In this document: one piece after another, positions 1 through 9,151 of the stretch
Numbering within the stretch: position 1 is the stretch's first letter
Layout of the letters: the number at the start of each line of letters is the position of its first letter
From: Candidatus Thorarchaeota archaeon
GTDB lineage: Archaea; Asgardarchaeota; Thorarchaeia; Thorarchaeales; Thorarchaeaceae
Direction of reading: 5' to 3'
NCBI GenBank assembly: GCA_003345595.1
Contig: PRDI01000039.1
Span: forward strand, 10,875-74,874
Length of the DNA stretch: 64,000 nt
Position numbers and translations under genes: made by a program
Notes under the pieces: model-generated
What the model saw: only the letters and a program-made list of their open reading frames with translations
The model's database searches: none
What the model was told of the DNA's origin: nothing

Positions 1-1113
1 TTGATGAGACTGGCCAGAGATCTGATTGCGACAAACTCAGAAAACCCACCAGGCAGAGAAGCTGACGCCGTCCGAGTCTTGAAGGAACACATGGAGGCTC
101 ATGGTCTTGCTTGTAGAGAGGTCGGACGAACCGAGCGGCCAAACCTGATCATTTCATCCGGCGGCGCAGGGAGAGCTCAACTCGTATTGCACGGTCACCT
201 GGATACAGTTCCTGCGGGTGCAAGAGAGTTTTGGTCCCATGATCCGTTTGAATCTGAGATAGTAAATGGCAGACTTTATGGTCGAGGCGCCTGCGACATG
301 AAGGGGCCAATGGCTGCATTGGCAGAAGCTCTTATCGAGTACAGCAAGAAGCCTCAATCATCACCGCTACTCATGCTGGCCACTTCTGACGAAGAGAGTG
401 GATGCATGGGAGCTGAGGACGTTGCCTTAAGCGGGCAGTTGGCCGGGACCAAGTTCGGCGTGTGTGCAGAACCAACTGATCTCGAGGTCCTGGTAGGCGA
501 ACGAGGGATGCTTTGGACTCGTGTTAGTGCTGTGGGTAAAGCTGCTCACGGGTCCCGCCCAGAAACTGGGTTGAATGCAATCAATGTGTGCATGGACGCT
601 CTTCGGGTGCTTATCAAACGGGGATATGCGTATGAAGCCGATCACATGATGGGAAGGCCAACTATCAACATAGGCACGATCAAAGGTGGTATCAGGATCA
701 ATGTTGTTCCAGACCAGTGCGAGGCTCTGGTGGATATGCGCCTTGTCAAGGGACAGAAGCCAGACTCCGTGCTCGGGGAGATGAGGGACCGACTCGATTC
801 TGCGGGCCTCTCGGAGCGCGTGAGCGTCGAATACGTATTCGGCAAGCCTCCCGTAAAGACGCCTCCTGACTCGGAGATAGTCGCCGTCGCAGTTCAAGCT
901 GTTCGAAAGATAACGGGCAAGACACTGAAGCTCCGCGCAGCCACTTTTGGAACGGACTGTTCGGTTCTTCAACCTAAGGTGGGCATAATCAGTGTGATTT
1001 GCGGACCTGGGTCTATTGAACAGGCTCACCAGCCGGACGAGTACATCTCGGTGAGTCAGCTACTCAAATCCGTCGATGTCTATCTCGCAATCGCTCGTCA
1101 TTTCGGCACGTAG
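1..1113 (+). CDS. M20 family metallopeptidase (ArgE/DapE-like deacylase); the true start may lie upstream of the window
   Basis: Motifs HGHLDTVP, GRGACDMKG, SDEE, AEPT, GKAAHGS and C-terminal AHQPDE. Confidence 0.9.
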   Translation: MMRLARDLIATNSENPPGREADAVRVLKEHMEAHGLACREVGRTERPNLIISSGGAGRAQLVLHGHLDTVPAGAREFWSHDPFESEIVNGRLYGRGACDMKGPMAALAEALIEYSKKPQSSPLLMLATSDEESGCMGAEDVALSGQLAGTKFGVCAEPTDLEVLVGERGMLWTRVSAVGKAAHGSRPETGLNAINVCMDALRVLIKRGYAYEADHMMGRPTINIGTIKGGIRINVVPDQCEALVDMRLVKGQKPDSVLGEMRDRLDSAGLSERVSVEYVFGKPPVKTPPDSEIVAVAVQAVRKITGKTLKLRAATFGTDCSVLQPKVGIISVICGPGSIEQAHQPDEYISVSQLLKSVDVYLAIARHFGT

Positions 1114-1260
1114 TGACTCCGTTTGACATATTGTGACTCCGGTACGTTTCATCGCGCTTCTGTACTTGGCGTGTCCGACCGACCACGCTCGCAGAAACAT
1201 TAAAGTTGGCGTTGTACAGCATCGGCTTCGATAAGGCTCTAGGCTCAGGGGCAGGTCTTC

Positions 1261-1776
1261 ATGCAGGTAACTGATATTCTAGCCATCATTCAGAATCCTT
1301 TGGTGATTCTTGTCCTTGCTGTCGTCATTGTGTTGATTGCGGGAGGCGTCAGGCAAAGAAGGAAACCTGGTGGGCGTGCCAAGGCACCCCTCATGAAGCA
1401 TGTCTATCGGATGATGACTGAGATTGACAAAGGCAAACCTGTCTCAGTTCCTCCGACGAAATCTCGCCAAGAAGTAATCACTCAGCTGTTCGAGAGCAAG
1501 ATGAAGACTGTAGGACTGGAGCCATCGCATGATTCCGGCTACGTGCCCGTAGTGGTCACGCCGTTTGCTCAGTTTCTCCGCGATCACGGTGTCGCCGAGG
1601 ATATGACAAGCGCTATCCTGTCAGGCGTGAAGGAGGCACGAAGCGAAAGTGAAGTTCAGGAGATCGTGCGCGCCGCAGCTGAGAGCCCTCAGGTAGGCCT
1701 GAAAGGTGCTGACCTCACAAAGGCCGAGGAGATTGCCACTCTTGAGTGGAAGCGGATGAGAACTGCCGGCCGTTAG
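1261..1776 (+). CDS. Small single-pass membrane protein whose cytoplasmic domain resembles the tail of the giant surface protein
   Basis: N-terminal hydrophobic helix followed by basic RQRRK; KGK..P.TKSRQEVITQLF resembles KGR..P...KSREQLVADLF in 18482..30106. Confidence 0.75.
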   Translation: MQVTDILAIIQNPLVILVLAVVIVLIAGGVRQRRKPGGRAKAPLMKHVYRMMTEIDKGKPVSVPPTKSRQEVITQLFESKMKTVGLEPSHDSGYVPVVVTPFAQFLRDHGVAEDMTSAILSGVKEARSESEVQEIVRAAAESPQVGLKGADLTKAEEIATLEWKRMRTAGR

Positions 1777-1789
1777 AGGAGAACACGTG

Positions 1790-2518
1790 ATGACAGACCT
1801 CCTTCATATGCGAAATAACTACCTTCGGGAGTTCGATGCGAGGATAGTGAAATCCCTGGAATCTGCAGTTATCCTCGACCGTACTGCATTCTATCCTGAG
1901 GGTGGGGGACAGGTGGGGGACCGCGGCGCACTGAGTGACGGAAACACGACTATTCAGGTATCTGACACAAGGAAAGTGGACGACGAAGTCCATCACATTG
2001 TAGTGGGGAGCATTCCTAACGGCTTCGGGCCCCAAGTCCATGGGGTACTGGACTGGACATGGCGGTACCAGTGTATGCGTTTTCACACAGCACAGCACGT
2101 GCTTTCACGATATCTCCAGCTAAACCTCGGACTGGAAACTGTCGGAAACATGGTCAAACCTGGCGAGAGCAGAGCTGACTACCGTCCGATAGATCACTTT
2201 ACAGATGAGATGAAGCGTTCTGTCGAGGTCGGTGTCAATGCCATTCTCGCAAGAAATATGAAAGTCGAGATTCGCTTCATGCCTCGTCAAGAGGCAATGC
2301 TTTTCCTGAAGCAAGCAGGATATCAGATGAGGTATATGGAGATGGTGCCCGAGTCTGTCACAGAGTTTCGTGTACTGATCATAGGTGACTTTGACGCCTC
2401 CTCATGCGCGGGAACACATGTGGCGAACACACAAGAAGTCGGTATGATCCAAATCGGAAAGAACAAGAACATGGGTGCAGGAAAGCAGAGAATCTACTTT
2501 TCGCTCATTGACCGCTGA
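1790..2518 (+). CDS. alaX: Alanyl-tRNA editing protein AlaX (AlaX-M type)
   Basis: LDRTAFYPEGGGQVGDRG, MRFHTAQHVL (HxxxH), CAGTHV (CxGxH); GAGGAG RBS upstream. Confidence 0.92.
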   Translation: MTDLLHMRNNYLREFDARIVKSLESAVILDRTAFYPEGGGQVGDRGALSDGNTTIQVSDTRKVDDEVHHIVVGSIPNGFGPQVHGVLDWTWRYQCMRFHTAQHVLSRYLQLNLGLETVGNMVKPGESRADYRPIDHFTDEMKRSVEVGVNAILARNMKVEIRFMPRQEAMLFLKQAGYQMRYMEMVPESVTEFRVLIIGDFDASSCAGTHVANTQEVGMIQIGKNKNMGAGKQRIYFSLIDR

Positions 2519-2580
2519 AAGTAGGGGGTGACCAAAGGTTTTATCCCAGCAAGCGGTCGTGGATGCACGGTGTGAGCTAG

Positions 2581-3870
2581 ATGAAGGCACTCGTCCTCAC
2601 TGCGGGAACAGGCAACCGTCTAAGGCCTCTTACTGCGAATCGGTCTAAGTCTATGCTGATGATTGCCGGAAAGCCGGTCCTGCAATACATAGTAGACAGC
2701 CTGAAGGACAATGGCGTCAGGGACATAGTCTTGGTCGTAGGTCACGGAAAAGAAGAGCTGATGAGTCATTTTCAGCAGGGTGGCGACCAGAACATCAGCA
2801 TAAGGTATGTTCATCAATTGAGGCAGGAGGGTACAGAAAACGCAATCCTGTGTGCGAAGGAGGAGCTGGCCGATGAAGAAGAGTTCTTGCTGGTGTACGG
2901 AGACGTTCTCGTGGAGCCGGAAATGGTATCTCGTACGCTTGACAATCACCGCAATGCTGACGCTTATGCCACTATGTTGGTCACACTTGTGTCAAACCCT
3001 GAGCAGTATGGCACAGTCAGGATTGGCCGGGACGGCGTGGTTGAGCGTCTCGTGGAAAAGGGCGGTCCAGACCGCTATCTGAGCAACTATGCCGTGGCCG
3101 GCGTATCTGTCTTCAACCGAGGGATTTTTCCGCTGCTTGAGAAGCACAAGACGCTAGAAGGCACAATCGAAGGCATGATCACGTCCAAGAAGAAGGTGAA
3201 CGCGGCTGTCTGGGAGAAAGAATGGGCTGAGTTCACTTGGCCTTGGGATATACTGAAAGCCAATAGGATTGTAATGGACAGAAAACTCAGGGGCTATGGC
3301 ACATTCATAGCTGAGTCAGCGGAGATACACAAAAACGTTGTCCTAGAAGGATCTGTGTTCATCGACGAGGGCAGCATCATCCGACCGGGCACGACGGTGC
3401 GGGGGCCTGTCTACATTGGCAAGAGAGTGTACGTGGGCAATAACTCGCTTGTGCGAGACTACGCCAGTCTATGCGATGGAGTCCACCTAGGCTATGCAGT
3501 CGAGGTCAGAAACAGCATGGTCTTTGAGAGGGTGAACATAGCAAGAATGACTTTTCTTGCCGATTCAATTGTGGGTGCGGACAGCTGTATCGAGGCCGGG
3601 GCACAGCTCTGGAACTGGCGTCCGGGTGGCCAGCCTCTCTACCTTGATGGTCCTGAAACAGTGCGGATACCCCTGAGCAAGTTTGGAGCCATAATCGGAG
3701 ACAACGTTGTCATCGGAGTCAACACGTCGGTCTTTCCGGCAACACGGATTGGAGAGAACAGCGTCATCTCGGCTGGATGTATCATCGATCAGGACATTCC
3801 ACCCGACAGTGATGTTAGGGCACAACACAACATCACGATCACTAAACGTTCTGAAACCAAGACGAGCTAG
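2581..3870 (+). CDS. Archaeal bifunctional sugar-1-phosphate nucleotidyltransferase/acetyltransferase (GlmU-like)
   Basis: LTAGTGNRLRPLT, YGD and VEK motifs, C-terminal hexapeptide (LbH) repeats, KFGAIIGD. Confidence 0.88.
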   Translation: MKALVLTAGTGNRLRPLTANRSKSMLMIAGKPVLQYIVDSLKDNGVRDIVLVVGHGKEELMSHFQQGGDQNISIRYVHQLRQEGTENAILCAKEELADEEEFLLVYGDVLVEPEMVSRTLDNHRNADAYATMLVTLVSNPEQYGTVRIGRDGVVERLVEKGGPDRYLSNYAVAGVSVFNRGIFPLLEKHKTLEGTIEGMITSKKKVNAAVWEKEWAEFTWPWDILKANRIVMDRKLRGYGTFIAESAEIHKNVVLEGSVFIDEGSIIRPGTTVRGPVYIGKRVYVGNNSLVRDYASLCDGVHLGYAVEVRNSMVFERVNIARMTFLADSIVGADSCIEAGAQLWNWRPGGQPLYLDGPETVRIPLSKFGAIIGDNVVIGVNTSVFPATRIGENSVISAGCIIDQDIPPDSDVRAQHNITITKRSETKTS

Positions 3871-3872
3871 TC

Positions 3873-4553
3873 TCAGTCCGACGGACCAAGACTTGACTGT
3901 CCTACGATTCTGTCATTCACATAAAGGAAGGCTGTGTCTTCCCTGATGACCAGCTTGACACCTGATGAGGAAGGTATCTGGAGACCATGAAATAGGTATC
4001 CGCCCACAGACGTTTGTCCACGTTCGTCCTCGACTACCGCAATGTCGTGAATCCTACCTACTCCCCCGTCGGAGGAAATCGAAGGCACGATTCTCAAATC
4101 ACTGAGTAGGCGATTCAGCTGAATCGTTTCCTGATGAGTCAATCGCTGCCGTATTGATCGATAGCCGTAGTACCTGTCGCGGCCCCTGTGTGTAGTCTGG
4201 TCTTTGTACCGTCCTGTTGTGACCCTCTCTGTCGCGAGGTAGACACCCAGTCCCCTGTCTATCACATCCAAGTCCGCGTTAGCCTCAACGGGGCGCGCGG
4301 CTTCAGAAATGGGATGGCTGAGTTCGTGGGATAGGAGGCCGAACAGAGCTCCTTCATGCCAAGCTCTCGTCGAGGTATCACATGTGATGGAAACGTGTTT
4401 CTGGCGATTGTCCCATCTCACCTCTGCAAAAGACGAGATTCTTGACCATCGCGTTGTGAGGCGGTGGTCCAACAACTCTGGGTAGGCATGGCGAACAAGT
4501 CTAGAAACCAGAGCGTCCAAGTCCGGCGAGGTAATCTTTCGATCTATCAACAT
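3873..4553 (-). CDS. Hypothetical protein with an HExxH zincin-like motif
   Basis: LSHELSH followed by E..AD (VEANAD). Confidence 0.6.
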   Translation of the reverse strand: MLIDRKITSPDLDALVSRLVRHAYPELLDHRLTTRWSRISSFAEVRWDNRQKHVSITCDTSTRAWHEGALFGLLSHELSHPISEAARPVEANADLDVIDRGLGVYLATERVTTGRYKDQTTHRGRDRYYGYRSIRQRLTHQETIQLNRLLSDLRIVPSISSDGGVGRIHDIAVVEDERGQTSVGGYLFHGLQIPSSSGVKLVIREDTAFLYVNDRIVGQSSLGPSD

Positions 4554-4693
4554 TCACCTTCCATTTCTTGATTGCAGGAGCTAATAGCACCTTCGGACTC
4601 ATTGCGGAGGTGGCTGTCCCATGAGCATGTTTAAAAGCCAAGTTCTGGGTCATCCGCCGAGACCCCGTCCGGAATCATTTGGAGAGTGACTCT

Positions 4694-5614
4694 GTGTCCG
4701 TCAGGAAGAAGTGGGGAAAGACCGCCACAAAGACTGAACGGCTTGTTCGTGAAGCCGTCCCAAAGCCCGAAACCATGCAGGAGATTGCTGAGTATCTCAA
4801 GAAGGCAAAACACACAACAGTGTACGACATTGCCAACCGCTTTGGTGTCAGGCTGAGCGTTGCGAAGGACCTTCTAAAACAGCGTGAGGCCGATGGCAGC
4901 TTGGTTGCATATGTCCGTGATGGCGGCTTTGTTGCCTATAGCGTTCCGGCCGAGCTCGAGAGACGCGCATCAGGGCGGTCTGTGCTCATAGGAGATGCAC
5001 TTGAAGAAGTTGCAGCATCGACGCCTTCTGAGCGTCTGATGACAGACGAGATGGAGGCTGCTCTTGCCGCAGCGGCAAGTATTACGACGGTTAAGCCGAG
5101 CAGGCTTGCAAGACAGAGACGAGAGGCTGGAGAACGAAAGGAGAAGATCCATGACAAGAGGCCTGAGGTTGTCGTCGAACCTCTCGAAGAAGAACGAGAG
5201 GAAGAGATCATCCCGCCTATTGGTGAACCAGAGAAGCCTCGGAGAGAACCGTTCATAGAGGAACATGTCGGCAAACGCGAGACTGAGCCTAGTGGGGCTC
5301 TAGCGAAGAAACCTGTTGAACTGGAAACGCCTGTCATCACAGCTGAAACTGTTGGTCCGAATGCCGATGTGGTGGAAGAGAGGGTACGGCCCAAGAAGAG
5401 GCCTGCGGCTGAGTCTGCCAAGCCAGTCGCCGCAGCGAAGGCCGAAGCAGCTGAGGAAAGACCCAGAGCCCGGAAGAAGGCTGAGTCAACTGGTGCGAAG
5501 CCCGGCAAACCTGCTCCGAAAACAGAGGCCAAGGCTGAGAAGCCCCGGCCCAGGAAGAAGACCGAGTCAAGCAGTGAGAAGCCTGCAAAGCCAGCCAAGA
5601 AGAAGACCGAGTAG
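4694..5614 (+). CDS. rps25e: Ribosomal protein eS25 (S25e) domain with a long charged C-terminal extension
   Basis: N-terminal RKKWGK and a wHTH matching the eS25 pattern (TVYDIANRFGVRLSVAKDLLKQ...G.L.....AYS); GTG at 4694 follows GGAG. Confidence 0.75.
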   Translation: MSVRKKWGKTATKTERLVREAVPKPETMQEIAEYLKKAKHTTVYDIANRFGVRLSVAKDLLKQREADGSLVAYVRDGGFVAYSVPAELERRASGRSVLIGDALEEVAASTPSERLMTDEMEAALAAAASITTVKPSRLARQRREAGERKEKIHDKRPEVVVEPLEEEREEEIIPPIGEPEKPRREPFIEEHVGKRETEPSGALAKKPVELETPVITAETVGPNADVVEERVRPKKRPAAESAKPVAAAKAEAAEERPRARKKAESTGAKPGKPAPKTEAKAEKPRPRKKTESSSEKPAKPAKKKTE

Positions 5615-5837
5615 CAGGACACTCTGGAACTGCTCACTGGGTGTCATTCCGTTGCACATCGACTGCAGTGCGACAGGTCCATGACAGGATAACAAAGGGA
5701 CAGCGAAGAAGAGGAATGGTTCAGTCCTGATTTCGTGTTCGCTGTCGTTGAGAGAACAACAGGCATCTCAGATGAGGGGAAGGTCCGAAGCTCTAGTGCG
5801 CGGCTGAGATGTCGGTCATTGGACGTAGGTATATCTC

Positions 5838-6479
5838 TTACTTGAGTCCAGCAATCTGTCGGTCCAGATCCTCCAGCTGAGAGTCAAGGTCTGCCTCTTT
5901 TGTCTTGTACTCGTCCTCTGGGATATAACCTCTCATGTAGTCGAAGCGTAGATCAGTGAGCGACGCTTTCAGACGATCCTTCTGTTGAAGTAGGACGTCA
6001 ATCTGGTCACTACCCCCTCCTGCTGATGCCGGTGCGGGAGCCGGTGCCGGCGTGGGTGCCATTCTAGGCGCAGGAGCCGGCGCTGGAGCTGTTGCCGTCT
6101 TGGCTGCTGGAGCTGCTGTCGGAGCCGACTTGGGGGCCGGTGTCGGTGCAGACTTACTTCCGGGAGTCGGTGCTGCCCTTGATGCTGGAGCCGGAGACGG
6201 TGTAGGAGCCGGTATGGTGATTGGAGCCACCCCCGGACTAGCTTGGACTTTCTCCATACTCTCCATGTTGCGCCTAAGGTTCTCAATCTGGTCAGCAATC
6301 TCAGAGAAACTCTGGTTCATCGCCTGATTGAGCGCAGTCTTCATTCCCGCAAAGTTCTCTGCTAGCTGGTCGGCCAGTTTCTTGGTTTCAGCGACCCTGC
6401 TTGCAAAGCTCTCGATTGCCTTGAGCTTCTGGTTCAGTTCTTCCATCTGTCTTTGAATTGCACTAAAATCAAAGGCCAT
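5838..6479 (-). CDS. Coiled-coil protein with Pro/Ala/Thr linker and SHOCT-like C-terminus
   Basis: Heptad-rich N-terminus, APTPAP repeats, LTDLRFDYMRGYIPEDEYKTKEADL (G.I...EY..K). Confidence 0.7.
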   Translation of the reverse strand: MAFDFSAIQRQMEELNQKLKAIESFASRVAETKKLADQLAENFAGMKTALNQAMNQSFSEIADQIENLRRNMESMEKVQASPGVAPITIPAPTPSPAPASRAAPTPGSKSAPTPAPKSAPTAAPAAKTATAPAPAPAPRMAPTPAPAPAPASAGGGSDQIDVLLQQKDRLKASLTDLRFDYMRGYIPEDEYKTKEADLDSQLEDLDRQIAGLK

Positions 6480-6590
6480 GTGTACTCACCTACGGAACAG
6501 CCTCTGTCTTATGCTAAGGCTGGGTTGTCGTTCTTAACCTTTGCCGTCATTAACATCGCTGTCCGGGCGTCGAGAAACTGTGCGCGATTC

Positions 6591-7442
6591 TCAGGACGCC
6601 TTGGTTTCGGCCTTTCCTTCGAGTATGGCTCTTCGGATGATCTGGATGAGGCGGTCTCTATAAGAGATGTCTATAGCGACGAGCTCGTAGGTTGGAATAC
6701 TAAGAATCTGACCCACTCTCTCCGGCGTCAGCGCTGTCGGCAAGTCCTGCTTGTTGGCGATTCCTATGACCTTCGCCTCAGGCACCTCTTCCTTCACCAA
6801 TGAAACGAGCTTCTTGCTGCGTAGGACATTTTCCAGTGTGCTGTCGGTCACGATTATGACTACTTGAGCATTCGCTATCATCTTAGCCCAGAGGATGCTA
6901 AACCTTGATTGGCCTGCCAAATCCCACAGAACAATGTTGGCATTCTGGACTTCATCTGGCAGCTTCTTAATCGAAACACCGATAGTCGGGTCGTGAACGA
7001 GCGGGAGTGTTTCTCCCCGAAGAAGATGAAGCGTTGTGGTCTTGCCAACGCCAGCATATCCCAGTATCGCGACTTTGACCATTGTTACTGCAATCTCATC
7101 CACCTTGGCATCAAAGCCGTCTAGGGGCAGATTTGCATCAGCCAGAGGTGCGAAGTCCTTCACAAAAGTCGTCACGAGTTGTCCCATTCTTTCTTCAATC
7201 TGGGCTGCGTCGTCGGCCTTGTCTGCCATGAAGATGAACGTGAAGTCTCGTCGTACGGTATAGAATATCCTTGCTGTCGAGAAGCTCATGTACTCCGTCT
7301 TGCTCTCAAGATCGACTGAGCCGAGGAAATGAGCAAGGTTCACGAGGAACTCAACCAATGTTTCTCTCGAGTCGCTCTTGGCATACTCCTTTGAATAGAC
7401 CATATTACTCTGTGGTCCGAGTATGTAGATGCTCCTAATCAT
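6591..7442 (-). CDS. Longin-domain / Ras-superfamily (Arf/Rab-like) small GTPase fusion
   Basis: G1 GYAGVGKTT, G2 PTIG, G3 WDLAGQ, G4 NKQD; N-terminal ~115 aa has a longin pattern (MIRSIYIL....VYSKEY...FIFMAD); ATGA overlap with the upstream gene. Confidence 0.9.
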   Translation of the reverse strand: MIRSIYILGPQSNMVYSKEYAKSDSRETLVEFLVNLAHFLGSVDLESKTEYMSFSTARIFYTVRRDFTFIFMADKADDAAQIEERMGQLVTTFVKDFAPLADANLPLDGFDAKVDEIAVTMVKVAILGYAGVGKTTTLHLLRGETLPLVHDPTIGVSIKKLPDEVQNANIVLWDLAGQSRFSILWAKMIANAQVVIIVTDSTLENVLRSKKLVSLVKEEVPEAKVIGIANKQDLPTALTPERVGQILSIPTYELVAIDISYRDRLIQIIRRAILEGKAETKAS

Positions 7443-8581
7443 TTGCGACCACTCCACGCTTCAGAGAGTAGCTCGAGATGCCTTCTCGCAATGTCGGGTC
7501 CTATCTCCTTGGCCGACAGTTTCTTGGCAATGACTGGTAGTATGAACTCTGGCATGAAAGTTTCCATCACCGGATCTGTCAAAAGGGCCCATGTTCCTTC
7601 CCCGATTTCGGCCGTGACATGGTCGGATTGCAGCGTCGACAATGCGTTCTGGACGACTTCCTCCGGAAGTTCTGTCTTATCCGCAATCTGCCGTGTAGTC
7701 AACGGCTCTTCTCGAAGGCAATTCAGGACCGTGTAGCGAAGGCTCTTTGACAGCACGCGTGAGATCCTTTCTCTATCCTCGAATACCGGTGAATTAGGGT
7801 CATCACTAGGTATTGTGGGGTTGTATCCTTTGCTCGGGGGAGGGGGTGTGAAGAACTGCGTCACTTGCTCCAAGTATTTTGCTGCTAGCTGAGGTACCGA
7901 CTCCTTAGCTTTTGTAATCGCTTTGACAGGTGGTGCCCGGTAGCCGAACAGATCTCTGAGTAGGAACACGGTTTCAGTGGTCTTGCCAATGACCTCGACC
8001 TTGACTAGACCTGAGTCCATCAGCGGCTTGATCACTTCGCGCAGGTCTACAGAGTCAGTTTGTACTTGGCCTTTCAGCCAGATTGAGATCTTAGCCGCTT
8101 TCTCGACCCCCTCTGACTCCATCTTCTCTAGTAGCAGTGCCGAGGATGGTGTCAAAAAGACCTGTGCATACTTCTGTTCTTCTCCGATTTCATCTAGCGA
8201 ACTCTGGCGTTCCAGTATGTGTTCAAGACGGACTGTTTCGGGAGCCTCAATCATGAGCTCCAGTATAAGCCGTCCCATGCCTAGGATTGGTCTTCTGAGA
8301 GATTCTAATTGCTCTTCGGGGCCAAGGACGAAGCATACCATCCATCCATGATGGGCTTTGTCAACGAAGGAAGCAACCCTGAAGGTTTCTACCTCGGTAT
8401 ACCTAAGATTCTCCTTGCCTTCCTTCTCGTGTTCATAGAAGATGAGGTTTAGTACTTTCTCATTCAATGTGAACGAAGCCGGATACCTCTTCTCCACTAT
8501 GAAACCTTGGTAGTCGTCTAGATGAACAACGAAGACCGCTTCTGGCATGTCCTGCTCCGGACTTGGATTCACAGTCTCCAC
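7439..8581 (-). CDS. Putative longin/uDENN-like domain plus two winged-helix-like domains
   Basis: VFVVHLDDYQGFIVEKRYP resembles the uDENN/longin hhhhFD..xG....xYP start; wHTH-like segments LREVIKPLMDSGLV and LTTRQIADKTELPEEVVQNALSTL. Confidence 0.6.
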   Translation of the reverse strand: METVNPSPEQDMPEAVFVVHLDDYQGFIVEKRYPASFTLNEKVLNLIFYEHEKEGKENLRYTEVETFRVASFVDKAHHGWMVCFVLGPEEQLESLRRPILGMGRLILELMIEAPETVRLEHILERQSSLDEIGEEQKYAQVFLTPSSALLLEKMESEGVEKAAKISIWLKGQVQTDSVDLREVIKPLMDSGLVKVEVIGKTTETVFLLRDLFGYRAPPVKAITKAKESVPQLAAKYLEQVTQFFTPPPPSKGYNPTIPSDDPNSPVFEDRERISRVLSKSLRYTVLNCLREEPLTTRQIADKTELPEEVVQNALSTLQSDHVTAEIGEGTWALLTDPVMETFMPEFILPVIAKKLSAKEIGPDIARRHLELLSEAWSGRK

Positions 8582-8632
8582 ATAAATGTTTGACTGCGAC
8601 GTTCCTTAACGATGAATGTGAAACCTCTAGGG

Positions 8633-9073
8633 TCACTCAAGGGTTCTTTGGCGCCGTACATTAGAGCGCTTTGCTGCCTGTTCTTCTATGTGCTCAACAC
8701 AGAGTATCTGACCCTGATCATCCAGCAGCCAACAGCGATCGCATATCAGCAGTCCACACCTGCTGCAGGTCCCAATTCGATGTTCTGGTCCTCCGAGTGC
8801 TCTCCTGTTGTAGCCTGTTCCATGTCTATCGCAATAGGTTCGACCGCACAAATGGCAAGCAACTGTCCCGATTGTGCCACAGATGCAGCATTTTGCCCCT
8901 ATGTTGCCACTTGCCTGTCGAATGGTCGTACCATCGACAGTATCGCCTTCTTCGGCTTCCAATGCTCGTTCCGATGGCTCGTTTGGAGAGCATCTGGAAC
9001 ATGAGCCAACGCCCTTGTATTGCCCGCACTGCCGACAGTAGGGGTCCAGGATTTCGCTGTTTCTCTTGGACAT
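8633..9073 (-). CDS. Cys/His-rich multi-zinc-finger protein (B-box/AN1-like)
   Basis: CRQC..CSRC, CCIC..CHLC..YCDRH, CSRC..ICDRC..LCVEH; start chosen at ATG 9073 (MSKRN). Confidence 0.7.
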   Translation of the reverse strand: MSKRNSEILDPYCRQCGQYKGVGSCSRCSPNEPSERALEAEEGDTVDGTTIRQASGNIGAKCCICGTIGTVACHLCGRTYCDRHGTGYNRRALGGPEHRIGTCSRCGLLICDRCWLLDDQGQILCVEHIEEQAAKRSNVRRQRTLE

Positions 9074-9151
9074 TGACGATGACCTATTCCTTTCACCATG
9101 TCCGCACTGCGACATAGTTAGCTTGAGTCGAAAGTTCGGTTCACTGGCCGG

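Noticed and set aside
4936-5637. Long antisense ORFs (also 12304..12798, 14039..14743, 48443..49084 and others)
   Set aside because: They are shadows of well-supported genes on the opposite strand, with low-complexity or motif-less translations
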